This document shows, one piece after another, positions 9,379-18,471 of a stretch of 64,000 nucleotides of DNA. The stretch's first letter is position 1, and each line of letters starts with the position of its first letter. The notes beneath the pieces are model-generated. The model worked only from the letters and a program-made list of their open reading frames with translations, searched no databases and was not told the origin of the DNA. The translations under genes and the position numbers were made by a program. The stretch is from the NCBI GenBank assembly GCA_014161675.1, contig GCA_014161675.1_4760.1. One strand, given 5' to 3'. The DNA is from a phage.

Positions 9379-9867
9379 CTATCTTAATCTTTGTATGAAT
9401 TGTTTCTTATACTTCTTCGTGATTTCTTCTCTTGTATCAGCGTCGCAGTAATCGAAACCTTCTGCGTCCATAATAGCAACCATCTCCGCGCGTGTCAAGC
9501 GTGAAAATCGTTTTACTTTATCAACAGCATATTGAGGATGTAAATGATTGTTGGTGTAGTCTCCTTTGATGTAATTAACATAGTTTGTAGCCCAAACAAC
9601 GAAATCAGCACCTAAAGCACCAACACCAAACCGTTTAAAGTCTCCGGTCAACGATCCTTCTAGTCGGTTGCAACACGAATGAAGCAATCCCCTTACGCGG
9701 CCTTGCCCTTTACCATCTAGATCGTGGTCGTGGTCAAGATGGTTTTTGCTCATATCCTCAAAAAGTGGCAATTGACAAAGGGGGCAAATGCCCCCCTGTT
9801 TTTCGAATAGTTCTTGTTTGTACTCTTTAGCACTCTTAGCAGTCAGTAACATAAATTCACCCTCCAA
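9379..9867 (-). CDS. 49: endonuclease VII (Holliday junction resolvase)
   Basis: CPLCQ...HLDHDHDL...RGLLHSCCN zinc/HNH-like motif as in T4 gp49. Confidence 0.85.
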   Translation of the reverse strand: MEGEFMLLTAKSAKEYKQELFEKQGGICPLCQLPLFEDMSKNHLDHDHDLDGKGQGRVRGLLHSCCNRLEGSLTGDFKRFGVGALGADFVVWATNYVNYIKGDYTNNHLHPQYAVDKVKRFSRLTRAEMVAIMDAEGFDYCDADTREEITKKYKKQFIQRLR

Positions 9868-9876
9868 AGAAGGTAT

Positions 9877-10170
9877 TTAACCATTAATCTTGTTTTTGAC
9901 TACAAAGGATCTGAACTCATCAAAACCACCTATATAATCACCATTATAGAAAATCTGCGGCATGGTGGCAATAACTTCTACCCCTGCGCGATCCTGAATG
10001 TCGGCAATGATAGAATCAATCTTTACCGGACGACCGTTTTCGTCTACACCATCATTAACCGGAATGTAGATGTAAGGGATCTTACGCGATTCACAAAGGC
10101 GCTTTGCATTCTGGCAATACTTACAGTTGTAACCTTCAAAACCAAAAATTTCTACCATGTTATACCTCAA
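9877..10170 (-). CDS. nrdC: thioredoxin/glutaredoxin NrdC
   Basis: 97 aa, CKYC active site, PQIFYNGDYIGGFDE glutaredoxin fold motif. Confidence 0.8.
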   Translation of the reverse strand: MRYNMVEIFGFEGYNCKYCQNAKRLCESRKIPYIYIPVNDGVDENGRPVKIDSIIADIQDRAGVEVIATMPQIFYNGDYIGGFDEFRSFVVKNKING

Positions 10171-10979
10171 TCTACGTTAGTTACATAAACTTCTTGCGTA
10201 TCAGAAGACTTACCACCTGAACGATCTAGGCAATAGGTCTTATTCAACAGGACGCAGTTTAAATCATTCCGCTTGATAAAGTCAAGAAGATGATCATTTA
10301 CCTTTCCCTTATGATGCGTGACATTACTGATACCAAACTGAAAACCACGCGCCATAATAGATTCTACCCACTGATAGAATTTAATCTCTTCCTCGTCACT
10401 CCAGAACTTATTATATTCCGCAGAAGTGATAAGATACGGCGGGTCCAAATAAACGAAATCACCTGGCAAGATCTCGATCTCGTCATATCGTCCAGAAGTA
10501 AAAATGATTCGACCGTCTTTGTTTTCTTCCTTAAAATTCAGGACACGCTCTACCGCGTTTTCGTTAAAAGTCCGGCGACCAAAATTAGCATTAAATTCGC
10601 CCTTCCGGTTATGGCGGTTAATGTTGCTAAAACTATGCTGAATCAACACAAACAGCGATAGCGGATCTGGATTCTCGTTATACGTCTTACGGAATGTCAT
10701 GTAAGCGTCTTTATCTTCGCGAGACAAACCATTTTCGGCAATAATCCGCTTGATCGTAGAAACCGGATCAGGACACTCGTCAATCGCTTTGTACGCGTCA
10801 ATTAAGCGGTGATCATAGTCATTAGCCAGAACATCCCCTTCGACGTACAGAGACACGCTCAAGCCGCCACAAAAGGCATCAACAAAGCGGTTATAGTGCT
10901 TAGGGAAATACTTACTAACACCAGGCAATAACTTTTCCTTATTGCCAGTATAGGGAATTAAACCTAATGCTTTCTTCAT
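10167..10979 (-). CDS. dam: DNA adenine methyltransferase (alpha class, DPPY)
   Basis: FCGGLSV motif I and DFVYLDPPYL motif IV; similar to T4 Dam from memory. Confidence 0.9.
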   Translation of the reverse strand: MKKALGLIPYTGNKEKLLPGVSKYFPKHYNRFVDAFCGGLSVSLYVEGDVLANDYDHRLIDAYKAIDECPDPVSTIKRIIAENGLSREDKDAYMTFRKTYNENPDPLSLFVLIQHSFSNINRHNRKGEFNANFGRRTFNENAVERVLNFKEENKDGRIIFTSGRYDEIEILPGDFVYLDPPYLITSAEYNKFWSDEEEIKFYQWVESIMARGFQFGISNVTHHKGKVNDHLLDFIKRNDLNCVLLNKTYCLDRSGGKSSDTQEVYVTNVD

Positions 10980-11410
10980 TATCCCTTCCTCAAATAAGTT
11001 CGCTCAATCTCTACCAGTTCAAAAAATTCTTGCCAATCACACGGAAAATTGCAGTTTCCGAAATGATCCTCTTTGTAAAGTTCTTTACCGGATGGCAGCT
11101 TAATATCTGTTACGCTGTAGTATCCGCAACAATCGCAATCACCCTCTGTATATTCTGTTTTGGTAGGAATATCCATCATTGCCAGATACAAAGGTACATC
11201 GTCTTGCTCAAAGTTCATGTAACCTTCATGGTCGAATGAAACAAAGTTATCATCGCCACCGAAAGGGATATAATGGTCATAATCGGTTACAGGTTGACCG
11301 TGCAATTCCCATTCTACAATTTTAACATTACCGCTAAACTTGATACCCATAATTTCAACAAGAAAATGAGTATCGTCAATGTAAATCTTACTAGGAGTTG
11401 GATAACACAT
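10979..11410 (-). CDS. hypothetical protein
   Basis: 143 aa ORF, Cys cluster DCDCCGY. Confidence 0.45.
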   Translation of the reverse strand: MCYPTPSKIYIDDTHFLVEIMGIKFSGNVKIVEWELHGQPVTDYDHYIPFGGDDNFVSFDHEGYMNFEQDDVPLYLAMMDIPTKTEYTEGDCDCCGYYSVTDIKLPSGKELYKEDHFGNCNFPCDWQEFFELVEIERTYLRKG

Positions 11411-11420
11411 TATATAATCC

Positions 11421-11717
11421 TCATATCTCAGAGAATAGAATCTCTGTTAGCTTCACTGACTGCTCTCTGAATGTTAGCGTATACTCGAAAGGAAAGTCAA
11501 CACCTAATTTCAGAAGAGAATAGCCTACCGCCTCTTTATGCTTATCGGTTAGGGCGATCCTAACCAATTCCCGTTGAATCTCTTTAGGAGGTGAATGGAT
11601 AGTAACACGGGTATCATGCAATGTCCAGTCACCATTTCGAATTAAGATTAACGGTTTATCATCATTGAAGATCACCGACCCTTTTCCGGTCGGTGAATGT
11701 TTTATATTAATCATCAA
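11421..11717 (-). CDS. hypothetical protein
   Basis: 98 aa ORF in minus-strand gene array. Confidence 0.4.
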   Translation of the reverse strand: MMINIKHSPTGKGSVIFNDDKPLILIRNGDWTLHDTRVTIHSPPKEIQRELVRIALTDKHKEAVGYSLLKLGVDFPFEYTLTFREQSVKLTEILFSEI

Positions 11718-11928
11718 ATTCTAAGAAATATTCTGGAACGATATAACCGTTAAAGTCATTGCACTTATAAAAATGTGGTGCATTTAATGCTGGATGAGCA
11801 TTAGTAAAGAGTTTACCCTCTAGAAACAGAATGTAATTAATCGGTCTAATACCGACAGAATCAGGGTCTAAACCTTTTTCTTTCAGTTCAGCCAGCGTTA
11901 AAACTCGTCCAGATCTTAACTTAGCCAT
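11707..11928 (-). CDS. hypothetical protein
   Basis: 73 aa ORF. Confidence 0.4.
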   Translation of the reverse strand: MAKLRSGRVLTLAELKEKGLDPDSVGIRPINYILFLEGKLFTNAHPALNAPHFYKCNDFNGYIVPEYFLEFDD

Positions 11929-12214
11929 GATTTACCCCCAATTCATCAAGATTATGTCGCAGCATTTCAGAGTATTTTTCTACTTCCTTAATCTTAGTGT
12001 GGATCTCCACGATCTCATCCACACTATCAGAAATTTTAATGGCATTCGCGAGCGTGCTTTTACCCGCTTTCACAGTCTCTTTCATTTCAACCAACATGTC
12101 CGCGTGTTTCAATAGTAATTCTTCACGTCGAACATAAGCGGCGGTCAAAGCCTCATCAGCGATTTCTAAAGCATTTTCAGCGACACCAACAACCATTTTA
12201 CGAGTAGACAGCAT
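11921..12214 (-). CDS. hypothetical protein (helical)
   Basis: 97 aa ORF. Confidence 0.4.
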   Translation of the reverse strand: MLSTRKMVVGVAENALEIADEALTAAYVRREELLLKHADMLVEMKETVKAGKSTLANAIKISDSVDEIVEIHTKIKEVEKYSEMLRHNLDELGVNHG

Positions 12215-12228
12215 AAATTCACCTCACA

Positions 12229-12537
12229 TTATTTCACGTTAACGCCGTCATCAATCCAGCCGACGCTATTTGGTTTAACAGTTTTACCATAGGATGCATA
12301 CTTAATCAAGCATGGTTTAACATCATTATCAAATCTTCCTAAACGTACCCCAAGATCAGGAATATCCATGTATGCGGCTTTATATCCCCATGTACAATAT
12401 TCAGCATCAATCTCGACCGGGCGGCCTTTAAAAGCATATACTACACCGTGACGGTCAACGATAACATAGCAATAGCCAGCCGGAAGATACACAGTTTCGC
12501 CGTAAACTTTAACTGGAGTAGCAGAAGAGATAAACAT
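12229..12537 (-). CDS. hypothetical protein
   Basis: 102 aa ORF; class-II leader GAGGATTATATTATG upstream. Confidence 0.45.
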   Translation of the reverse strand: MFISSATPVKVYGETVYLPAGYCYVIVDRHGVVYAFKGRPVEIDAEYCTWGYKAAYMDIPDLGVRLGRFDNDVKPCLIKYASYGKTVKPNSVGWIDDGVNVK

Positions 12538-12606
12538 AATATAATCCTCACATCGTTCATTTGATGCGGCTATTATAGGATAACCGCATTTTCATGTCAA
12601 CAGTTT

Positions 12607-12981
12607 TTAAAAATCTTCTTCCGGTTTATATCGACCGTCGTCTTCTTGTTTTGGAGTAAATCCTTTATGCGTGCGCGGCTTCGCTTCCGGTTTACCAGCA
12701 ATCATCAAACCAAAACATTTCAGCCCTTTATAACACATAACAATATTAACCACGGTCCATGTTATAGGCCAGACGATTGCAGCAATACAAAATGCTCCTG
12801 TATCGACCTCTTTGGTGTCCTTGTCGAATCTGGCGTACAAGCAGAATACAAGATACGAGATCATTGCACCTGTAGGCCAGATATAAAGTACATTAACAAT
12901 ATCTTGTGACGTCACGTTATCCTCCTTACATGTCTTGCAGTGCATAAAAGCATTTTTCTTCATAGTCATAGAAAATGTCAA
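12607..12981 (-). CDS. hypothetical membrane protein
   Basis: 124 aa, two hydrophobic segments. Confidence 0.4.
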   Translation of the reverse strand: MTFSMTMKKNAFMHCKTCKEDNVTSQDIVNVLYIWPTGAMISYLVFCLYARFDKDTKEVDTGAFCIAAIVWPITWTVVNIVMCYKGLKCFGLMIAGKPEAKPRTHKGFTPKQEDDGRYKPEEDF

Positions 12982-13204
12982 AGTATGCCTTTTCTACATA
13001 CTCACCATTGATCCAAGCGGCAGTAACAATCAGAGTGGTCCAGTTAGATCCGCTCTCAACGGTAAAGGTTTTAATACCCAGCTTCGCTGCCAAGTCGAAC
13101 GCAAACCGGACGCAACCACGACAGGAAGTGATGTTGGAAGTTTTGATTTTAAAGCCACCGCGAGTTTTAGAAATTTCTACTTTAGCGAAAGACAGGTTGC
13201 TCAT
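12926..13204 (-). CDS. hypothetical protein
   Basis: 92 aa; conserved leader AGGAGAATCAAAATG and promoter-hairpin element upstream. Confidence 0.5.
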   Translation of the reverse strand: MSNLSFAKVEISKTRGGFKIKTSNITSCRGCVRFAFDLAAKLGIKTFTVESGSNWTTLIVTAAWINGEYVEKAYFDIFYDYEEKCFYALQDM

Positions 13205-13245
13205 TTTGATTCTCCTTAAGAAAGTGTGTTTCGTTTTGATGTGTG

Positions 13246-13274
13246 TAGTATAGGGGATCAGTGATCCCCTGTCA
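13246..13274 (-). promoter_or_regulatory. early promoter with hairpin in spacer (PeSL-like)
   Basis: minus sense TTGACA - GGGGATCActgATCCCC - TATACT; same architecture as 3549..3577. Confidence 0.5.
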
Positions 13275-13291
13275 ATAACTTTTTTATGATT

Positions 13292-13546
13292 TTAGTGAAT
13301 CAACTCTACACCAAAATGAGGCACAGAGAACGCCTTACGAAACACATATTCATCATGTTTAGGAATCGCCCCTAACCTCTCTATTTCGCTAGCCAACACG
13401 ATAAATTGTTTATCTGGTGCATATGCCTTGTATGCTTCAACAACACACGGAAAACGCGTTTTAGAGAGTTCTGGATAGTTTTCTGAATCCAGAAGGACAA
13501 TGAATACTCTGTTACATTGATTGTAGAATCCTGTTTTTGATTTCAT
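13292..13546 (-). CDS. hypothetical protein
   Basis: start moved to internal Met (MKSKTG) with AGGAG RBS; the longer ORF would overlap the upstream gene by about 100 nt. Confidence 0.4.
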   Translation of the reverse strand: MKSKTGFYNQCNRVFIVLLDSENYPELSKTRFPCVVEAYKAYAPDKQFIVLASEIERLGAIPKHDEYVFRKAFSVPHFGVELIH

Positions 13547-13853
13547 CAAGTTTTCTCCTATGAGCAATTCGTGCAATCTTCCTTTCATGATTTCGTTGGT
13601 TCTTGTCTTCACAGTTTACCCACTCAACAAGATCTTTACCCAACTCGAAAGCCCATTCTCGGTCTTGCTTTACGTTTTGTAGGTATGGACTTTCTGACAC
13701 TCTACGAAGTGATGTTGTCATAACAAGAATGATCTCAGGAATGGTCGGATGTTCCTTGCCATAAACAATAGGACGCGAGTCACTATCAATACCTTGTAAG
13801 AAGGTGTATCCTGAATCACTTAGAATCATATACTTTTTCATTTCACACATCAC
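13512..13853 (-). CDS. hypothetical protein
   Basis: 113 aa ORF. Confidence 0.4.
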   Translation of the reverse strand: MMCEMKKYMILSDSGYTFLQGIDSDSRPIVYGKEHPTIPEIILVMTTSLRRVSESPYLQNVKQDREWAFELGKDLVEWVNCEDKNQRNHERKIARIAHRRKLDEIKNRILQSM

Positions 13854-14107
13854 AGTTTCCTCAACCAGTTATTAAAGCGAGCAAACCATGACGCTTTTCG
13901 TGCTTCTTTTACTTTATGTGCACGCAAACCACTGAAACACCATTCATAATCATCACTGAAACATGATTCAACAGGAACACCCGCATTTCGTAGTTCTCTG
14001 GTCTTTATCATGAATCCTTGACATAAGGGTCGACCTTCAACAATGATAGGAAGTTTAACTTTTTCCATGAAAGTATACCCAGCACGGTCAATAATTTCAA
14101 TCTTCAT
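13850..14107 (-). CDS. hypothetical protein, tandem paralog A
   Basis: MKIEIIDRAGYTFMEKVKLPIIVEGR... near-identical N-terminus to 14126..14323. Confidence 0.5.
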   Translation of the reverse strand: MKIEIIDRAGYTFMEKVKLPIIVEGRPLCQGFMIKTRELRNAGVPVESCFSDDYEWCFSGLRAHKVKEARKASWFARFNNWLRKL

Positions 14108-14125
14108 AATATAATCCTCAATTAG

Positions 14126-14323
14126 TTATACCGCCCAGGCTTCATTTGCACGAAAACACCATTCATACTCAGGAAAATAACCTTTAATTGGCACGCCAGC
14201 TTTTTGTAGTTCCTGCGTTTCTACAAGATAATCAAGCCCATAACGACGACCTTCCACGATGATAGGAAGTTTAACGCCATTCATGAAAGAAAATCCACCG
14301 TCATCAATAATTTCAATTTTCAT
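14126..14323 (-). CDS. hypothetical protein, tandem paralog B
   Basis: MKIEIIDDGGFSFMNGVKLPIIVEGR... Confidence 0.5.
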   Translation of the reverse strand: MKIEIIDDGGFSFMNGVKLPIIVEGRRYGLDYLVETQELQKAGVPIKGYFPEYEWCFRANEAWAV

Positions 14324-14567
14324 TTACATTATCTCCATAGATCTTTCCAGCAATATCAATTTCACCAGCGCGAACATCTAGGATAAGATGCGGTAGGTGT
14401 ATGCAGTTTTCCCACCCTACGCGCTTCATTTCTGAAACAGTGACGTAAGCCCACCCGTTCGCTGTAATAAAGTCTACTTCAACCTTGAGAGGAAAGCAAG
14501 ACTTTTCTATGTTTTCAAATCCGACAATATGTTTTGTTGTTGAATATGGAATATATCCGGTGATCAT
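14313..14567 (-). CDS. hypothetical protein
   Basis: 84 aa ORF. Confidence 0.4.
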   Translation of the reverse strand: MITGYIPYSTTKHIVGFENIEKSCFPLKVEVDFITANGWAYVTVSEMKRVGWENCIHLPHLILDVRAGEIDIAGKIYGDNVNEN

Positions 14568-14998
14568 TTTGTGATCTCCTTATACTCAACACACCATAAG
14601 CGGGTAGCCCATGATAAACGCTCATAACGCTGGCAGAAATCGGACCATAGATATTGTGTACCGTCTTGCATGGTTGAAATATGCGTTTTCTCTCCAACTT
14701 TCACGAAAGAAGTATTCGATTTTGTGATCTCGACCGGAGTATATCCGAAAGCGGGTTCCAAGCCAACATCTGAACTAAATGCCAATTTAACAGAATTTGT
14801 TTTTCTGACCGCTGTCCGGTTTCCTTCTGGGTATAGCACAGCAGGTTTAGCGCCTAAGCGGATAAACTCAGTATTTTTAATAAACAGAATATCATGATAA
14901 CCGTCATATTCCGACACTTCCATAGTAACAGGAAAATCGACATGTGCTAAACCTGGTAGATCTCGCATATCATGAAATGTAGCCATCAACTTTTTCAT
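14564..14998 (-). CDS. hypothetical protein, C-terminal domain paralogous to 15009..15254
   Basis: ITKSNTSFVKVGEKTHISTM...LSWATRLWCVEYKEITK. Confidence 0.45.
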   Translation of the reverse strand: MKKLMATFHDMRDLPGLAHVDFPVTMEVSEYDGYHDILFIKNTEFIRLGAKPAVLYPEGNRTAVRKTNSVKLAFSSDVGLEPAFGYTPVEITKSNTSFVKVGEKTHISTMQDGTQYLWSDFCQRYERLSWATRLWCVEYKEITK

Positions 14999-15008
14999 CT
15001 TGTATTCC

Positions 15009-15254
15009 TCACTCTTCTGTAATTACTTCATATTCAATTTTCCATACATCAATCGCCCAGCTTAAAAGCTCATACGATTTACAGAAAGATGACCAAATAT
15101 ACTGTTTTCCGTGCATCGTTGTTATGTGTGTATTCTCACCAACTTCAACGAAAGACATATTTGACTTTGTGATAACTATAGGAATGCGGCCGAATGGTGG
15201 CGGTATTACTGATTCGTTGGTCTTCATTCTATATTCCTCACTCTTCTGTTTCAT
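15009..15254 (-). CDS. hypothetical protein, paralog of C-terminal half of 14564..14998
   Basis: ITKSNMSFVEVGENTHITTM...LSWAIDVWKIEYEVITEE. Confidence 0.45.
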   Translation of the reverse strand: MKQKSEEYRMKTNESVIPPPFGRIPIVITKSNMSFVEVGENTHITTMHGKQYIWSSFCKSYELLSWAIDVWKIEYEVITEE

Positions 15255-15435
15255 TTCTTTTATATGGTACTATAACAGGATTAATACAGCAAGCACCAAT
15301 TACGTTATGAGCACCACAATTTAAGCATTTATAGTCATGGAACTTATTAAGGAATCGACCAAACTCATAACCGACTAGCGCCGCATGTACTTGAGTCTCG
15401 ATCTCATCCATATCAGCCAATGTTTTAACCTTCAT
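15238..15435 (-). CDS. hypothetical Cys-rich small protein
   Basis: start placed at Met with GAGGATTATACTATG leader; CLNCGAHNVIGACC. Confidence 0.4.
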   Translation of the reverse strand: MKVKTLADMDEIETQVHAALVGYEFGRFLNKFHDYKCLNCGAHNVIGACCINPVIVPYKRNETEE

Positions 15436-15445
15436 AGTATAATCC

Positions 15446-15736
15446 TCAAACGGTAGTTTTGCGAAGATGGTCATTACATGCTTTTAATGCATCAGTCGCG
15501 GTGTCATAGCGAGTATTATCATAGCACCAGTAACCATCTGTCAACTGATAAATCAACCCATCCCTTTTAGCTTCGATAAAAGATAACTCTTTGAAAGTTT
15601 CTACTTTCTTTGCTGATACTCCACGGTCACGGCGCTTATAGAGTTTAGCTAAAATGCGTTCAGCTTGTTCCTCTTTATCACCAGACAGATCCCAAATAAT
15701 GTTGCGGATATGTTTGATTAATTGTTCAGTGGTCAT
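15446..15736 (-). CDS. hypothetical protein
   Basis: 96 aa; terminator + promoter + conserved leader upstream. Confidence 0.45.
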   Translation of the reverse strand: MTTEQLIKHIRNIIWDLSGDKEEQAERILAKLYKRRDRGVSAKKVETFKELSFIEAKRDGLIYQLTDGYWCYDNTRYDTATDALKACNDHLRKTTV

Positions 15737-15837
15737 CTTTGATTCTCCTTAGTTGGTATGTGTGCATTATAGCACTATGATTTTCATTGTCAACAACTAA
15801 AAACAAAAAAGGCTACCCCGAAGGATAGCCCATAAAA

Positions 15838-16614
15838 TTACACGCGAGCACCGTAGATCGTGCCTACTTTATCCCAGCGTGGAGCATTACCAGTAACGGC
15901 TTTACCAGCAGCACCACCGTTATATTCTGTACCGTTCCCCTGAGTATTACATCTCCCTCCAGCAGCACCAACGTTACCGCCCGCACCGCCTGTATATGCA
16001 CTAAGAGACCCCTCACCAACAGATCCTTTACCTGGAGCGGAAATGGAGCCAGCGGTTGCACCAGAACTCATATTAGAGGAAGACCCACCAGCACCGAATG
16101 GGCGACCACCGCCGCCACCAAATACTAGTCGACCCCTGTTACCGCCACCACCGCCACCGCCGCCACCAGCGATAGCACCGTTATTTGTAATTCGTAGACG
16201 TGTACCGATAGCGTTATTGATTGCGTTTCCACCAGCAGCGCCAGCAGCGTTACTACCACCATTACCCCCACGTCCGTAGACAGTCACACCTGAGTTAATG
16301 ATCAATGTTACATATTCGTTTGTTAACGAGCTAGGGAAGTCAAGACAAGGAACGCCAGTAGATTGGGAAACAATATTACCCGTGATAGTAATTACTACCG
16401 GAGTAGATCCTTGTGCTTTCATCCAGTTAATAAGAGTGTCTTTATTGTAAGAGTTACTAGCACCAATGCTATAATGAATCTCTTTAGAACGTCCGACCAT
16501 TGCTGACATATACGCCGGACGACCTAAGCGAACAGCTTGCATTGCGGCGCTCATCCACCGTTGACCAGTCTCGGACACAGCAGATGATCCTACCCATCCA
16601 GAAGATATTGCCAT
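15838..16614 (-). CDS. polyglycine-rich protein, gp38-like (T2-type tail-fibre adhesin) candidate
   Basis: 258 aa; globular N-terminal about 120 aa followed by multiple glycine-rich motifs (GGGGGGGGG, GGGGGRPFGAGG) separating variable segments. Confidence 0.45.
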   Translation of the reverse strand: MAISSGWVGSSAVSETGQRWMSAAMQAVRLGRPAYMSAMVGRSKEIHYSIGASNSYNKDTLINWMKAQGSTPVVITITGNIVSQSTGVPCLDFPSSLTNEYVTLIINSGVTVYGRGGNGGSNAAGAAGGNAINNAIGTRLRITNNGAIAGGGGGGGGGNRGRLVFGGGGGRPFGAGGSSSNMSSGATAGSISAPGKGSVGEGSLSAYTGGAGGNVGAAGGRCNTQGNGTEYNGGAAGKAVTGNAPRWDKVGTIYGARV

Positions 16615-16668
16615 AAAATTTCCTCACAAGAAAAGCCCCAATTAAGGGGCATTGATTGATAATATTAC

Positions 16669-16890
16669 TTAGATGATCTCTGCTTCACCATTCAGGAAGA
16701 AAGACCATGTTTTGTTAGGATAGCGAAGCGCCCATGATTCAGCGGTTTTAACACCAGCTTCGAACAATTGACGGCTGGTTACTTTCGCCATACCATCTTC
16801 AATGTCAACGTTTTCAATAATCATCGGGTACTTAGCGCCACGCATGAAACCGAAGCCAGCGGAAGATTTGATAATTTTAACAGTTGCCAT
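16669..16890 (-). CDS. hypothetical protein
   Basis: start at Met (MATVKIIK) behind conserved AGGAGAATCAAAATG leader. Confidence 0.5.
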   Translation of the reverse strand: MATVKIIKSSAGFGFMRGAKYPMIIENVDIEDGMAKVTSRQLFEAGVKTAESWALRYPNKTWSFFLNGEAEII

Positions 16891-16977
16891 TTTGATTCTC
16901 CTAGAAAGTGTATCTCGTTTCGATGTGTGTATTATGCAATAACACCGGAACGCTGTCAACACTTTCTAAGAAAAATT

Positions 16978-17262
16978 TTAAATTAATCGAATATATCCCA
17001 GAATTTCAGCACCTTTAGCCAGTCCTAAAACCTCCCATTCAAGGTCGCCGTAGTCATAATTTGCAACCATCAACTGACCATTTTTCATGCAGCAATCATG
17101 GGAGAAAATTTGCCCCGCATAAACTACGATAGTAATAAACTTTCCTGATTCTGGCGGTGTGGAAGACAAAGCGACCATATGACCATTCAGCTTAGTCACC
17201 AGTGATGGAACAATAAAATTCGGGCTTACCTGAATACCGTTAAATTCGTTTGTGTCTTTCAT
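16978..17262 (-). CDS. hypothetical protein
   Basis: 94 aa ORF. Confidence 0.4.
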   Translation of the reverse strand: MKDTNEFNGIQVSPNFIVPSLVTKLNGHMVALSSTPPESGKFITIVVYAGQIFSHDCCMKNGQLMVANYDYGDLEWEVLGLAKGAEILGYIRLI

Positions 17263-17609
17263 GCCAGACCTCGCAAAACACTAATAGCATAATCATGCTG
17301 GTTATTCATAATATCGATTGCATTGTGATAACGAGCTAAACCATCAAGGATAAATTCTTGTTTATCCTGTTTCAGTTTGGTATCACGCGCAGCCATAAGA
17401 GCATCAAGAACAGGTCCAAAGTGATTATCTAATTCATCTTCGGTTGCAATGTTTCCTATTGCCTCGTCGATCCGTGATTCTAATGCTTGCTTTTCGTTGA
17501 TCACTTGCTGGGTATATTCCAACACATCAAGAATATCGCGGGTAACGTCGCCATGATAAGGTATTCCCGCATGAAGATGATCAATTAGTCGTTGAATGTC
17601 AATGTTCAT
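17259..17609 (-). CDS. hypothetical protein
   Basis: 116 aa ORF. Confidence 0.4.
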   Translation of the reverse strand: MNIDIQRLIDHLHAGIPYHGDVTRDILDVLEYTQQVINEKQALESRIDEAIGNIATEDELDNHFGPVLDALMAARDTKLKQDKQEFILDGLARYHNAIDIMNNQHDYAISVLRGLA

Positions 17610-17944
17610 TTGTAACCCTCCTCTGAAAGCACATCCCAGATCGTTGAGTCAAGGTGCATTAAATTCCACATAATAGAGTCATAACTACCGAAGCCAGAAG
17701 TAAAAATTACATCACACTGGCGATAGGTCTTATGAAAATCGGTGGCTGTCTCTGCATCAATAGGCATATCGTCACCGGAAAGCACCAGACATTTAAGAAT
17801 CATAACTCTGTTAGCCGTTGGCGCTTGCTTAGTCTTTTCAGCATATTTTTCGATGATCCGTTTTGCCTTTTCTTCTTTGATACGTCCAGACCAAATCCGG
17901 TTTCGGTATTGATTCATAATAATTTCAATCACATCATTTTGCAT
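17606..17944 (-). CDS. hypothetical protein
   Basis: 112 aa ORF. Confidence 0.4.
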   Translation of the reverse strand: MQNDVIEIIMNQYRNRIWSGRIKEEKAKRIIEKYAEKTKQAPTANRVMILKCLVLSGDDMPIDAETATDFHKTYRQCDVIFTSGFGSYDSIMWNLMHLDSTIWDVLSEEGYK

Positions 17945-18143
17945 TCTTCACGGTCTCCATAATTGTTTTGTAAGCCAGTTTAAGATGATCACCGAAAAAC
18001 TTTGCGGTGTTACCCTTCGGATCGCGGAGCATGGTTTCTACGATCTCATCGGCAGTAACAATTTCTCCTTTCTTTGCTGCATGTTCTACCATATACTTCA
18101 AAGTTTCTTCGGAAGCAAGTGCTGCGGCTACTGGATTAATCAT
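17934..18143 (-). CDS. hypothetical protein
   Basis: 69 aa; terminator + TTGACA promoter + conserved leader upstream. Confidence 0.45.
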   Translation of the reverse strand: MINPVAAALASEETLKYMVEHAAKKGEIVTADEIVETMLRDPKGNTAKFFGDHLKLAYKTIMETVKNAK

Positions 18144-18214
18144 TTTTGATTCTCCTTTTTTGTCGATGTGTGCATTATGCTATACCCTATTCCGGTTGTC
18201 AACACCTAAAAACG

Positions 18215-18237
18215 AAAAAGCCACCCTTTCGGATGGC
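18215..18237 (-). terminator. rho-independent terminator
   Basis: minus sense GCCATCCGAAAGGGTGGC + UUUUU, immediately followed by next promoter -35. Confidence 0.6.
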
Positions 18238-18471
18238 TTTTGATTATATTTTATTCACGTCCATTTGTATAGTAGTGTTTGAATCGACCTTTGCTAAACT
18301 AGTTAAACATAGTAACCAATTCACCATCCCTTTCCAATGATAACCCTTCCTCGTCTTAGACGGGTCTTCCGATTCGGCAGTAATTGAACACGCGAAAGTA
18401 TGAGGAAGCCAAATAGTTGTGTTAATGCTAGTATTCTTTTACTTCTGGTATGCATCCCACGGTGACTAACA

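Noticed and set aside
16043-16279. Proline-rich 78-aa plus-strand ORF
   Set aside because: It is the antisense mirror of the glycine-rich gene (GGN codons read as NCC Pro codons); no independent RBS.
18238-18471. Possible tRNA genes in ORF-free gaps (also 29789-29938)
   Set aside because: Hairpins are present but I could not assemble a cloverleaf with a canonical T-loop (GTTCRANYC) and matching acceptor stem on either strand; kept only as possible small-RNA regions.
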